This document shows, piece after piece, positions 10,760-24,200 of a DNA stretch of 64,000 nucleotides (position 1 is its first letter; every line of letters begins with the position of its first letter). The notes beneath the pieces are model-generated. The model worked only from the letters and a program-made list of their open reading frames with translations, was not told where the DNA came from and searched no databases. Made by a program: the position numbers and the translations under genes. The stretch comes from Takakia lepidozioides (Eukaryota; Plantae; Bryophyta), in the NCBI GenBank assembly GCA_030704615.1, contig CM060731.1, positions 11,842,001-11,906,000 on the forward strand. The letters are read 5' to 3'.

Positions 10760-13700
10760 ATGGAGAAATATCTGTGCGTTCGATACCACCTGAAACCGGG
10801 GTTGGTTTTTTTGGAGGAGGAAAGGAAGGACTCAAACGGCGTTGTTGTCGAGAGTATTGTTGTGCTCCACGATGATTTCGGCGATGGCAGGGAATGGCGA
10901 GTTCCACCATCGGACAACGTCATATACAGGGCTGTTGGGGACTTCATTTGCCCGCCAAATGCACCTTCTATCCTGGCGCCTTCCACGAAACAATCTGCGA
11001 ATCAGAGAGTGGTTACCTCAAAGAGAGAAGTCCGCAACGAAGTAAATCCAGAGCCGAACCCATCCATGAAGACAATCGAGAACCGGGTTGTTCACAACCT
11101 GTCCGACTCAGACGAGGTCATGGAAGTTCTGAGGTCGTCCTGGAGATCAGGCAAGTCCTCAATGGACGTCAGTGGACGAGGGAGTCATATTCCCAGCACG
11201 AGCACCGCAGTTCGATCTATTCTTGAAATTCTGCGAGGGCTTCACATGGAGGGACACCGCTCGGAGCTGGCCGGGCTGGACTACAGCAAGTTCGCAATTA
11301 AATCGGTTACATGCCTTCCCGCAGACGTCGACGGTAATATCTTCTTTGAGTTCCCTCCTCGGACGGACTACTCGAGGGCGTCCGGAATGTTGACAGATAT
11401 GGATAGAAAACATGATGGTCATCTTTGGTGCGTCACCAAAACCACCAGCATGAAGATGCTCGATGGTGTGCGGGTGCGCTACGTTGTTTGTGCGGGCGCG
11501 TTGCGGTGTTTCTCCCCAACTTGCTTCCATTTAAATCCAGAGGTCACAGGAACGAGACCGATTGGACAGGCACAGCTCATCAACCATTTCGAGCTCAGGA
11601 GAAGGTTCCGAACTCCACATTTAAGTGTGCGCATTGCAAAGAACCACCACACTGCATGTCTGTTTGTAATGCCAAGCAGTTCTATGTGTTGCACCGTTTC
11701 CCTGACCTCACCCGAGCTTGCATACACGTTGGTTCCCATTGTCACAAATTGGCGAGGGGGAACTCGCAGGAGGCTGCCCACGAGGCAGAGCAGCTCGTTC
11801 AGGAGGAGGTTAAGTTGAGACCGGGTGCCAAACCCAAACAGATACAGCTCCAAGCCGCCCATAAGATGGCATTGGCCAGAATTATGTCGGAAGACGGCTC
11901 CGATAGAGTTCCTCTCGATGAGAAGGAAATGGAGGCATTGCTGGAGTCGGTGTCCCACGTATGTTCACCGAATGTCCGAAACCACATTGTCTCATGCAAA
12001 CAGAAAATTGGGCGTGGCTCGGATATGCACTCCATTCTGGAGGAGAAACGACGATGTGGATATGACTACATTCATGGAAGTAGGTTTCCAGGACAATGGA
12101 CTGAGGCGATCGTTGTTTCGTATTCAAAATGTCCACGTGTGGACCTGGCAGCGGCGTCGAACTGGTCGACAGGATGACGAGTGGGGACTTGTCAAACAGT
12201 TGGGTCATGTTCGACCATATCAAGCGAATTACAAATCACCAGTAGATGACAATGGGTGCACATGTCTACGACACCCACTGCATGATGCTAATGACAATTG
12301 CTATTTGTGAGATGAAAGGAGAGGACACACAATCGGAGATGCTTCTTTGGCAGGGAATAAACGAACAGATGGCCAAGGCGGGATTGCCCCCTCCCAATTT
12401 CCGTGGTTTCATGGCAAACAACGCACAAGCAAATTGGGCTGCCATCCGAAGGGTGTACGGGCAAGACCCCAATGTTCCCATGGAAAGCAGGGAGAGATCT
12501 TGTGGGTTCCATTTTCTGTAGAGCCTTTCGCAGTACTCAACCAGGCTCGTGGCGCCAGATTTCAGAGAGGAGCACCGTTCCATGTGTCTTGCGTGGAAGC
12601 GTGCTCCCACCTTGGATGATGCAGAGACACAGTTTGCATGTATACGGGCTTGGTGGACATCGTCAAGTGCTGTAAGGAAATCAGACGAGGGAGCAATGGT
12701 CAGTTGGCTAGCATGGTGGCATTATCGTTTCCTCCAGTTCGGCGACTATATGCGGGAGGTGAGTTGCACGAATTCGCGTCCCGTTGAATATTATTCTTGG
12801 CATTATTTGTAACTTGCTTGTAACCTCAACATGTGCTTGTGCAGGAAATGTGTCTCGACTCCGACACCGACATGCCCACGACAAACATGGCCAAATCGGT
12901 GCATTCTTCCTGGCGTGCCTCTTCTGCGGCGCATCTGGTGGACATCCTCACTGCCACAACGGAGGACATTGTGAGGTCAATTATGCAGCAATGCAGGTAC
13001 AACGAGTTCTTGAAAGGGAAACAGTGGGGCTTGGCGCAGGAAATGCTGATGCGGACTGCCTCCAGATCGAAGAATCCTCGGAAGTGGACGGCGGCCTTGC
13101 GAGAGGGCCTTCGGGACACGCCATTGCTTCGAAGAGGCCAACATTTGGAAGGAGATGTTCATACCCGTCCAGTGAGACGAAGACTTGACGAGGCACCTGG
13201 CGGGGAAGAGGATTCATGGCGAGCTGACAAGAATATTCGCACGCTCCCTCGTGGTCCCGTGATGTTGCCCGAGGAGGTTTCGTCGAGCACCGCAAGTCCT
13301 GCACGTTCAAGATCGCCATCTCCTTTGAGCACAGGGCACGTGCCCGAGGAACATAACGAGCCATCTGTGGTAACGCAGTACAACATACCCATTGTGGAGA
13401 CAAGAGTGTCGGAGTCCCAGTGGAGAATTGCAAGGACATTATCGGCATTTCGAGGGAAGTGCTGCACCATTCGGGTGGATACGAGAGCACGCCGTGGTGA
13501 GATGATTCAGAGGAACCCACACGGTGCTGTACCTGTACCTTGTTTCAGCGGCAGATTTTTTACTCCCACATTTGCTCACGCCACAACGCAAACGTTTTGG
13601 TTCTGTAGGCACGACATAATGACCTGTGTATTTGGCAAGCCCAAGTACGGGATTCAGGGAATGCTGGAGCCTCCGAGCGTCTGGCCTGTTGCACCGGGTT

Positions 13701-14254
13701 GCAGCCTCTCTCAGAATGAGGCAGATGCTCTATCTGCAGCAGGATTTCGAATGGTGCAACGCACAGATATCCCGGCCCACGCATTTCCAGTTCCTCAGAC
13801 CCAGCCATTGCAGACTGCTCGGTCCAGTAGAGACGGATTGGATAATTCTGCACATCCCATAATGCGATTCGGAAGAGTGAAAAGACGACACCCTCCCAAC
13901 AAGTTGAATGAGACTCGGATTGCCAATGCTCTTGGGATGGCTTACACTATTCAGAGCTCCGTGGACGTACCTCCACCCGGCCTTGGGCGTGTTTATCGGA
14001 TGGCAACGGCCGGCTCGGCTGTACGCGACGATGTATACACAATTACGATTGGAGTGGAGCCGACTTGCAATTGTACGGACTTCTCGTTGATGGAAGCAAA
14101 GAAGGGTTCAAAGTATTATCCGTGCAAGCATCTGTATTACATTTACCTGAAGAGGTTGAGGATAAACGTGACTATTGATGACTTTATTCATGCACCGGCG
14201 TTGAGCGTGAACGAGCTGCACAAACTCCTCCTTAGGGATTCCAGAAATCATTGA
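10760..14254 (+). pseudogene. MULE-type transposase (GCM-like, DDE, SWIM), frameshifted
   Basis: Homologous to 25636-29207 with the same intron (12759-12844). Catalytic D>N (FMANNA) and E>K (NMAKSVH). SWIM CNC..CKH. Confidence 0.85.
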
Positions 14255-14479
14255 TGGGGCAAAGGGAATCCTCCATATGGATATTTTCAATTGCATTTTC
14301 ATGTATCAGATTTTTTTTTGCAGTGTAATGAAATGCACCCCAAAACTCCTGGAATGAGGCAATATTCCATTCAAACTGAGATCCAACAGAAGCAGTTGTG
14401 GGGCCATTTCTGGAAAAATGGCGCCGAATTTCTCTATTTTGGGCCGAAAACTGGCTAAGTCCCAATATGTGTAGGATTG

Positions 14480-14856
14480 CGTTGCATGCTATGTGGGCAT
14501 GCTTGTGGTGCCGCCACTATGCTGGTGTGTGATCGATGCTCAAAAGGTTGGCACATGGGATGCTTGATACCACCTCTTGAGAGGGTTCCTGATGGAGATT
14601 GGTTATGTCCACACTACTTGGGATAGTGGCAGTGGATATGACTAGTGGCAGCTAACAAGACATGGGAGGCCAAGCTCATAGGAGTCAATACCCGAGATCT
14701 CAGGCTCAAGTTCACAGGTTGCAAGACGGCAACTAACGATGGGGCAACTCTTGTACTCGGCCTCTTGATCTATCGAGTTTGAGTGTAGTAGGGACAGTGG
14801 TGGAGGATTTAGTGAGGCTATGGCCACTATCACATCTTGTGGCTACCTAGACTTGG
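14480..14856 (+). mobile_element. Gypsy 3' fragment with PHD finger
   Basis: CMLCG..MLVCDRCSKGWHMGCL.PPLERVPDGDWLCP; homologous to 47290-47660 and 57890-58270. Confidence 0.85.
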
Positions 14857-15257
14857 GGGGTGCTATTCCGTGAGCCTGGAGGCGTGAGCCTGTGAGCCCA
14901 GGAAAGCGTGAGCCCAGCACAGGCTCACGCCACGTCAGCATGCAAACAGTGCCTATTTCCGCGGATGTCACCTATTTCCGAGTGGGGTCACCTATTTCCG
15001 CGGGTTGATGTGGGGAGAATTGAGAATTGAGAACAAAGTGGTTTGTTTGTTTTTGCAATGTACTCAAGTCTGTGAGGTCCACAAAACAACAAATATATTG
15101 AAGGAACAATCCGGGCAGTCCATGCAACCCCCATCTCCAACAATAGTTTGGAACCATGAATGTGAATTCCATGCACACATTGCAAAGAGGACAATAAGGA
15201 CACACAACCATCCCATTTCAAATTTGTCCCAGAATTAAACCAAAAGAATACTTCATA

Positions 15258-18200
15258 TCAAGTGTCGCAGTCATCACAATCAATGTCCACCTCCTGTGCT
15301 ATGTCATCTACAAAGATTCTGGCCCCAACACCACGTGTTCTACGAAGGCCATCGCAAGGTGGACTCTGAGTGCCATGAACGGACATGCTTGCTGCGAGTG
15401 CCTCCGCATAGACAGGTAGCACACAAGACCGAGGAGGACTGAAAACAAGTCCAAATAGGTGTGATAGCCCAGGAGGGCAAGTGGAAGCACGCGGACTCCT
15501 ACACATGTCCACAAAATTCCATTTTTAACACAATGATGCAATGCACAAGTCCAACGAAGAGGATGTCTCCCATTTGCACTTTGCCTCAAGAACAGCGATT
15601 CTCGATAATGAAACAACAATGCAAGCATGCACAGGTTCAACTTACTCACAGGCAAAGTCGGAGTCCAGCTCCTTGTCAGAAGTCTCCTCTGTACCAGTAT
15701 CAGCGGGACGGGGCTTCGGAAGGACCTGAGAAGTGTGTCCACCCAAACCCATCAGGAGGTTCTTGTAAATCTCAGCATCCCCTTCAATCCCAAAGACATG
15801 TCGCGCACTGGCCTTGCAAGCGTGGTACGAAGCACCTGCAGTGGAATAGAATGAAGTAAGCAGACATTGAAGACACATTCGGAACGGTGGAAAGTGCTGA
15901 AAGTGCAAGCTCAATCAAACCTCATGAAATGTGAATGTTGAAGGGACGAACCTGTGCCCATTGACAAATCCAGAACTCTGGCGTCTGTGTAGGTGCAGCA
16001 CTCCACAATCGTTTGAATGAAAGCCGGGCTCCTCTCCCTCGCCCCTCTCCAAGGAACCCCATTCCCCCTTCGCAAGCACACGTTGCTGTCGACGTAGTTG
16101 TGATGCATGTCATCCGTGGGAGGATCTGTCCTGTCATCTATGAACTTGCCCCCGTGAGTGATGGCAAACTCCGTAATGCCGGCCGGAGTCGTTGGTGGAT
16201 GCACCCGGACGAGACAAACAGCTTCAAACAGACGAGTCTGCGAACATGACATCCAGAAGGAACTAAGAACCAAAATAAAATCGGGCCCCTACATATGAGT
16301 TTGAGCGACCTACACAACACAATCCCAGAACAAAAAAGAAGAGGAAGAAGAAGGGAAACTCACCATCTCTCCCGGACGATCCCCCTTCGTAAGGTACATG
16401 CTGTTCACACAATTCCATGTCTTCAGGACTCTCATGCCCGAGGCTTTCAAATAGCTGGCAAGGGCACGGCGACACCGAACATCGATGGACTGGATGAGAA
16501 CCAAAACACCTGCATCGGAAAGGAAGAAGTTGCAAAAGGAAAAAACCCACCGCCAGTAGCGCTCATCAAATGCATTCCAACCCGGACAAGCACCCGATGG
16601 TGGGATATCCGGGACTGCCAACCCATCAGGGATGTCCAAGATGATGAGTTCCGCTGCATATGGCTTCTCCTTCCCGTTCACCCACGATTTGGTCATTTTA
16701 GCCTGCAAACAAAAATACAATGGAATTCTGACAAGTTTATAAACGATCCATGCCCACAGCAGACAAAGAGAGCAGAAGCCACAGAACCCAAAGAGAACAC
16801 GCACCGTGCTGAGGAACTCGACAATCCTCTCCCACACTGGTGATGGCTCGCCCTTGTAATCAGATTTCTTCGACTCCATCATGGCAAGGAACCCGACGTT
16901 GGCAATCTCCAACCTGGTTGGACGAATGACCCTCGTGGGATGTTCCACTGCATGGTACGGGTCCTTGGGATCAACCACACCCTTGTTTTTTCTCCCGGAT
17001 CCCCTACCATGCGGTGGAGTCTGCTGGACATGCTCCACAGGGCCAATAGCTGCAACACTTCCCTGCCCTTGTGCCACCTTCCCTCTACCCCTTCCCGTCC
17101 CCACAACACCAGCAACATCTTTTCCCTTTGCCTTTCTTCCTCTACCCGGGGTATCCTGAGCGGGAGGCTCCTTCTCTGCAAGAGTCCTCAGATTACGCTC
17201 ATGAATGTCGAGGTCCGCTGCTGCGGCAGTGGCTGCAATACGGTCATTCTCTCTCCTCAAAGACAACTCTACAGCTGGGGTCTCTGAAGGAGGGCAATCC
17301 AAATACCAACCACAAGAAGAAAGATGGTCCGGACCCCAGTCATGCAAGATCCCAGCAGTGAACATGGTCTGGTTGCCAGCAGGGACAAGCCAAAGGTCCA
17401 CGAAATCTGGATGTTTGTCCAAGCAATTCTCTTCCAGGAGAACAAACTTAATGTACCTGCACGAACAGACACAGCCTCATTATCCAATGCACATATTGTG
17501 TCCCAGCTTTTTCAACACACCAGGAAGACCCCCTTAAACAGTATGCCACACAACACATTGCAACCACAACACAAGCAAAGAGTGCAAGGGTGTGCACCTG
17601 TAAAGGCATCGTTTCCAGGCTTCCTCTCCTTTTTCCTGCTGGTCAAGCTCATTTGTTCGACTGATGCCACCCTCCTTGCTGAACTCTCTAAAGAAACCAG
17701 AGTGCCACACTGTGGCTCTCCATTTCCTCATGTATGCTTCGAAGGAGACCTTCGGAGCTGTCATAGTGATGCCATAGTCAGCCAGCTGAGTATGCAGAAC
17801 CGATCGGGCCCTTTCTTCCAACTGCAAAAAAATTGAAATGGAAGAATGAACCCAAAAACAGTCACAGCGAATGTAAGAGGCAATGGGAAGAGAAGGACAG
17901 GAAAAGAGAAAAGAAAGTGAGATACGAGAGGACATCACACCTGGCTCCAGTAAGTGGCCTTGTGAAGCCAGTTGTCCAGCACATTGTCACTGACAGGAAC
18001 GACACGCTGGGTCTTCTTCTCCTTCTCTGGCCTTGGGAACATGTGGGTATCCCTAACTGTGGGATCGGAGTTCCATATCTGCAGCCACTTCACCTTCTGT
18101 TCAGAAGACACGACGGCGGTAGACAACCTGTGCAACTTCTCCTGGGCCATCTCCGGCTTGCCTGGCTTGTTATAATGGTTTTTTATCTCCAGCAGAAACT

Positions 18201-21200
18201 GCGGCCCGAATGATGGGTCGGCCATTCTCAACTGCTTCACAAAAGCACTCATTATTGTCCTTCTTGTAGCGTTCATCTCCTTCTGGATGTGACTTTCAAC
18301 TCCCTTTGCTGTCCTTCTCTCCTCAGGGGTAGAGCTGTAGTATTCCAGTTTGCCACGCTCCCCTGCATCTGCAATGTCTTGCTGCAAGGGAATGCAAGAG
18401 AGTTGCATCAATCCAAGGTCAAGGGAGACAGAGAGAAACAAACATGTGGAAGCAGGAATATGGAAAGGCCAGATGAAGGAAGATGTATCTCACCGTGTAC
18501 ATGTACTCCATGAAAGCCTCACGGGTCAACGAGTACCATGTTTCCGAAGTCTTGGAGCTTTCGCATTTCTTATACATCTCTGCCGAAAGGATGGTCTTGA
18601 AGTTGGTCAAGGGCATCTGCCCGATCCTTTGTATCCTATACAGTGTGTGAACCAGACTCGTTTTGACATGCGATGTCTCCGTCCCTCTGCAGAATGATAT
18701 CTGAATTTCAGAATGTAATTCAAGGACTTCAATCAAGGAAGAACGGAACCAGAAGTGCAACGTGTACAATGAGAAACCAACCTGTTCACATCATTCATTG
18801 CCGTCAGAAGACCCATCATGTTGTCGTCACAATCAAGCACCATCGATCGAACAGAGTAATGCCACTCTTCCTCCTGTGAGTGCAGCCTCCCAATGACAGC
18901 CATCCATGCAAGCAACCGGTGGTTGCCATCCCAAACGTGAAACATCTTCCCCGAGAATACCTGGGTGGAAGGTTTTCTGGAGAGAAGAAGTTCGAAGGAT
19001 TCGTTCACCTGTCTCCAAATGGGGTCCCAGGAGTCGACGATTGACTCATCAACAAGGAGCTCGTTACCTCTTGAATCCCTAGTAGAAACGTAAAAGACCG
19101 CGGATCCATCCAAATACCCATGAACAAACTCGGCCTCCAGCTTGAGAATGTCTTTGACAAGGGGTGGACGAACGACGGGCATGGAAACCAACCTACACAG
19201 GGGAATCTTCAACCTCCCACCAGGAGCAAGCATACTTTGAACCACAAGCTGAGAGTTCACCTTTTGACCCCCCAGCATCTCAGCGGCTTTGCTTTCATAA
19301 AACTCATCGTCAACATCATCTTTGGTCTCCTTCCCCTGACCCTGAGGGACCTCATCCGCCACACTTTGCATTTTCCCCTGCAAGGTTGTTCACTCAAATT
19401 CTTATAAGAGAGGAATGAAACGTCGACCGATGCATGAAAAAGTGGGATAAAAAGGGAAGTGTTCTTTGAGCTGCCAGATAAGTGTTCATTGATCCTCACG
19501 GACATGCACTATGTTCCCGATTTACACAGGGAAAGAACATTGAAAAGTTCTGCTCAAATATCTGCCCATGAGGGCCGAAAGTTGCGCCCTTCCATATTCA
19601 TATGTTCTGCCTACACAGTGTGCGGTTCCGCAGACTGTTTGAGCTGACAGTGAAGGGTTCATTTTATACTCAAAAATGTGCCCATGAAGTCCAAATTTTG
19701 CACCCAGAAACATTGAAATGCTCAGCTCAAACAGTGTGCGTTGCCGCACACTGTCTGGGCTGGCAGTGAAGGGTTCATTTCACCCTCACACGGGTGCCCA
19801 TGAAGTCCAAATTTTGCACCCAGAAACATTGAAATGCTCAGCTCAAACAGTGTGCGTTGCCGCACACTGTCTGAGCTGGCAGTGAAGGGTTCATTTCACA
19901 CTCACACAGGTGCCCCTGAAGTCCAAATTTTGCACCCAGAAACATTGAAATGCTCAGCTCAAACAGTGTGCGTTGCCGCACACTGTCTGAGCTGGCAGTG
20001 AAGGGTTCATTTCACACTCACACAGGTGCCCCTGAAGTCCAAATATTTCACCCAGAAACATTGAAATGCTCAGCTCAAACAGTGTGCGTTGCCGCACACT
20101 GTCTGAGCTGGCAGTGAAGGGTTCTATTTCACACTCACACAGGTGCCCCTGAAGTCCAAATATTTCACCCAGAAACATTGAAATGCTCAGCTCAAACAGT
20201 GTGCGTTGCCGCACACTGTCTGAGCTGGCAGTGAAGGGTTCTTTTCACACTCACACAGGTGCCCCTGAAGTCCAAATTTTGCATCCAGAAACATTGAAAT
20301 GCTCAGCTCAAACAGTGTGCGTTGCCGCACACTGTCTGAGCTGGCAGTGAAGGGTTCATTTCACACTCACACAGGTGCCCCTGAAGTCCAAATTATGCAC
20401 CCAGAAACATTGAAATGCTCAGCTCAAACAGTGTGCGTTGCCGCACACTGTCTGAGCTGGCAGTGAAGGGTTCTTTTCACACTCACACAGGTGCCCCTGA
20501 AGTCCAAATATTTCACCCAGAAACATTGAAATGCTCAGCTCAAACAGTGTGCGTTGCCGCACACTGTCTGAGCTGGCAGTGAAGGGTTCATTTCACACTC
20601 ACACAGGTGCCCGTGAAGTCCAAATTTTGCACCCAGAAACATTGAAATGCTCAGCTCAAACAGTGTGCGTTGCCGCACACTGTCTGAGCTGGCAGTGAAG
20701 GGTTCATTTCACACTCACACAGGTGCCCCTGAAGTCCAATTTTTGCACCAGAAACATTGAAATGCTCAGCTCAAACAGTGTGCGTTGCCGCACACTGTCT
20801 GGCTGGCAGTGAAGGGTTATTTTCACACTCACACAGGTGCCCCTGAAGTCCAAATATTTCACCCAGAAACATTGAAATGCTCAGCTCAAACAGTGTGCGT
20901 TGCCGCACACTGTCTGAGCTGGCAGTGAAGGGTTCTTTTCACACTCACACAGGTGCCCCTGAAGTCCAAATTTTGCATCCAGAAACATTGAAATGCTCAG
21001 CTCAAACAGTGTGCGTTGCCGCACACTGTCTGAGCTGGCAGTGAAGGGTTCATTTCACACTCACACAGGTGCCCGTGAAGTCCAAATTTTGCACCCAGAA
21101 ACATTGAAATGCTCAGCTCAAACAGTGTGCGTTGCCGCACACTGTCTGGGCTGGCAGTGAAGGGTTCTTTCACACTCACACAGGTGCCCCTGAAGTCCAA

Positions 21201-24200
21201 ATATTTCACCCAGAAACATTGAAATGCTCAGCTCAAACAGTGTGCGTTGCCGCACACTGTCTGGCTGGCAGTGAAGGGTTCTTTTCACACTCACACAGGT
21301 GCCCCTGAAGTCCAAATATTTCACCCAGAAACATTGAAATGCTCAGCTCAAACAGTGTGCGTTGCCGCACACTGTCTGAGCTGGCAGTGAAGGGTTCATT
21401 TCACACTCACACAGGTGCCCCTGAAGTCCAAATATTTCACCAGAAACATTGAAATGCTCAGCTCAAACAGTGTGCGTTGCCGCACACTGTCTGAGCTGGC
21501 AGTGAAGGGTTCTTTTCACACTCACACAGGTGCCCCTGAAGTCCAAATATTTCACCCAGAAACATTGAAATGCTCAGCTCAAACAGTGTGCGTTGCCGCA
21601 CACTGTCTGAGCTGGCAGTGAAGGGTTCATTTCACACTCACACAGGTGCCCCTGAAGTCCAAATTTTGCACCCAGAAACATTGAAATGCTCAGCTCAAAC
21701 AGTGTGCGTTGCCGCACACTGTCTGAGCTGGCAGTGAAGGGTTCATTTCACACTCACACAGGTGCCCCTGAAGTCCAAATTTTGCACCCAGAAACATTGA
21801 AATGCTCAGCTCAAACAGTGTGCGTTGCCGCACACTGTCTGGGCTGGCAGTGAAGGGTTCTTTTCACACTCACACAGGTGCCCCTGAAGTCCAAATATTT
21901 CACCCAGAAACATTGAAATGCTCAGCTCAAACAGTGTGCGTTGCCGCACACTGTCTGAGCTGGCAGTGAAGGGTTCATTTCACACTCACACAGGTGCCCC
22001 TGAAGTCCAAATATTTCACCCAGAAACATTGAAATGCTCAGCTCAAACAGTGTGCGTTGCCGCACACTGTCTGAGCTGGCAGTGAAGGGTTCTTTTCACA
22101 CTCACACAGGTGCCCCTGAAGTCCAAATATTTCACCCAGAAACATTGAAATGCTCAGCTCAAACAGTGTGCGTTGCCGCACACTGTCTGAGCTGGCAGTG
22201 AAGGGTTCATTTCACACTCACACGGTGCCCGTGAAGTCCAAATTTTGCACCCAGAAACATTGAAATGCTCAGCTCAAACAGTGTGCGTTGCCGCACACTG
22301 TCTGAGCTGGCAGTGAAGGGTTCATTTCACACTCACACAGGTGCCCCTGAAGTCCAAATTTTGCACCCAGAAACATTGAAATGCTCAGCTCAAACAGTGT
22401 GCGTTGCCGCACACTGTCTGGACTGGCAGTGAAGGGTTCTTTTCACACTCACACAGGTGCCCCTGAAGTCCAAATATTTCACCCAGAAACATTGAAATGC
22501 TCAGCTCAAACAGTGTGCGTTGCCGCACACTGTCTGAGCTGGCAGTGAAGGGTTCTTTTCACACTCACACAGGTGCCCCTGAAGTCCAAATTTTGCACCC
22601 AGAAACATTGAAATGCTCAGCTCAAACAGTGTGCGTTGCCGCACACTGTCTGAGCTGGCAGTGAAGGGTTCTTTTCACACTCACACAGGTGCCCCTGAAG
22701 TCCAAATATTTCACCCAGAAACATTGAAATGCTCAGCTCAAACAGTGTGCGTTGCCGCACACTGTCTGAGCTGGCAGTGAAGGGTTCTTTTCACACTCAC
22801 ACAGGTGCCCCTGAAGTCCAAATATTTCACCCAGAAACATTGAAATGCTCAGCTCAAACAGTGTGCGTTGCCGCACACTGTCTGAGCTGGCAGTGAAGGG
22901 TTCTTTTCACACTCACACAGGTGCCCCTGAAGTCCAAATATTTCACCCAGAAACATTGAAATGCTCAGCTCAAACAGTGTGCGTTGCCGCACACTGTCTG
23001 AGCTGGCAGTGAAGGGTTCATTTCACACTCACACGGGTGCCCGTGAAGTCCAAATTTTGCACCCTTTTCGTTGCCGCACACTGTCTGAGCTGGCAGTGAA
23101 GGGTTCATTTCACACTCACACAGGTGCCCCTGAAGTCCAAATTTTGCACCCAGAAACATTGAAATGCTCAGCTCAAACAGTGTGCGTTGCCGCACACTGT
23201 CTGGCTGGCAGTGAAGGGTTCTTTCACACTCACACAGGTGCCCCTGAAGTCCAAATATTTCACCCAGAAACATTGAAATGCTCAGCTCAAACAGTGTGCG
23301 TTGCCGCACACTGTCTGAGCTGGCAGTGAAGGGTTCTTTTCACACTCACACAGGTGCCCCTGAAGTCCAATATTTCACCCAGAAACATTGAAATGCTCAG
23401 CTCAAACAGTGTGCGTTGCCGCACACTGTCTGAGCTGGCAGTGAAGGGTTCTTTTCACACTCACACAGGTGCCCCTGAAGTCCAAATATTTCACCCAGAA
23501 ACATTGAAATGCTCAGCTCAAACAGTGTGCGTTGCCGCACACTGTCTGAGCTGGCAGTGAAGGGTTCTTTTCACACTCACACAGGTGCCCCTGAAGTCCA
23601 AATATTTCACCCAGAAACATTGAAATGCTCAGCTCAAACAGTGTGCGTTGCCGCACACTGTATGAGCTGGCAGTGAAGGGTTCTTTTCACACTCACACAG
23701 GTGCCCCTGAAGTCCAAATTTTGCATCCAGAAACATTGAAATGCTCAGCTCAAACAGTGTGCGTTGCCGCACACTGTCTGAGCTGGCAGTGAAGGGTTCA
23801 TTTCACACTAACATTACAGACATCAAGACCAAATTTTGAACCCTAAAACATTGAAAAGGTCTGCTCAAACATTGTGCGTTGCCGCACGCTGTTTGAGCTG
23901 GTTTTGAAGGGTTCATTTCAACCTCAGATAACAGACAGCAAAGACCAAATTTTGCACCCAGAAACACCGAAATGCCCAGCTCAAACAGTGTGCGTTGCCG
24001 CACACTGTCTGAGCTGGCAGTGAAGGGTTCATTTCACACTCACACAGGTGCCCCTGAAGTCCAAATTTTGCACCCATAAACATTGAAATGCTCAGCTCAA
24101 ACAGTGTGCGTTGCCGCACACTGTCTGGGCTGGCAGTGAAGGGTTCTTTTCACACTCACACAGGTGCCCCTGAAGTCCAAATTTTGCACCCAGAAACATT

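Larger units (their letters stand above)
8621..14470. mobile_element. Mutator-like DNA transposon A (deleted/decayed)
   Basis: Begins GGGGGCTGCT, matching the terminal motif at 38778-38787 (reverse complement). Contains the transposase remnant, palindromic repeats and the 5' part of the accessory gene. Right boundary approximate. Confidence 0.65.

Noticed and set aside
14642-14833. Conserved antisense ORF in the Gypsy 3' UTR (also 47451-47636)
   Set aside because: Short and explained by DNA similarity between copies; not maintained in the 58000-58290 copy.
19522-24119. Many short ORFs (MRQRTLFELS...)
   Set aside because: Translation artefacts of the satellite.
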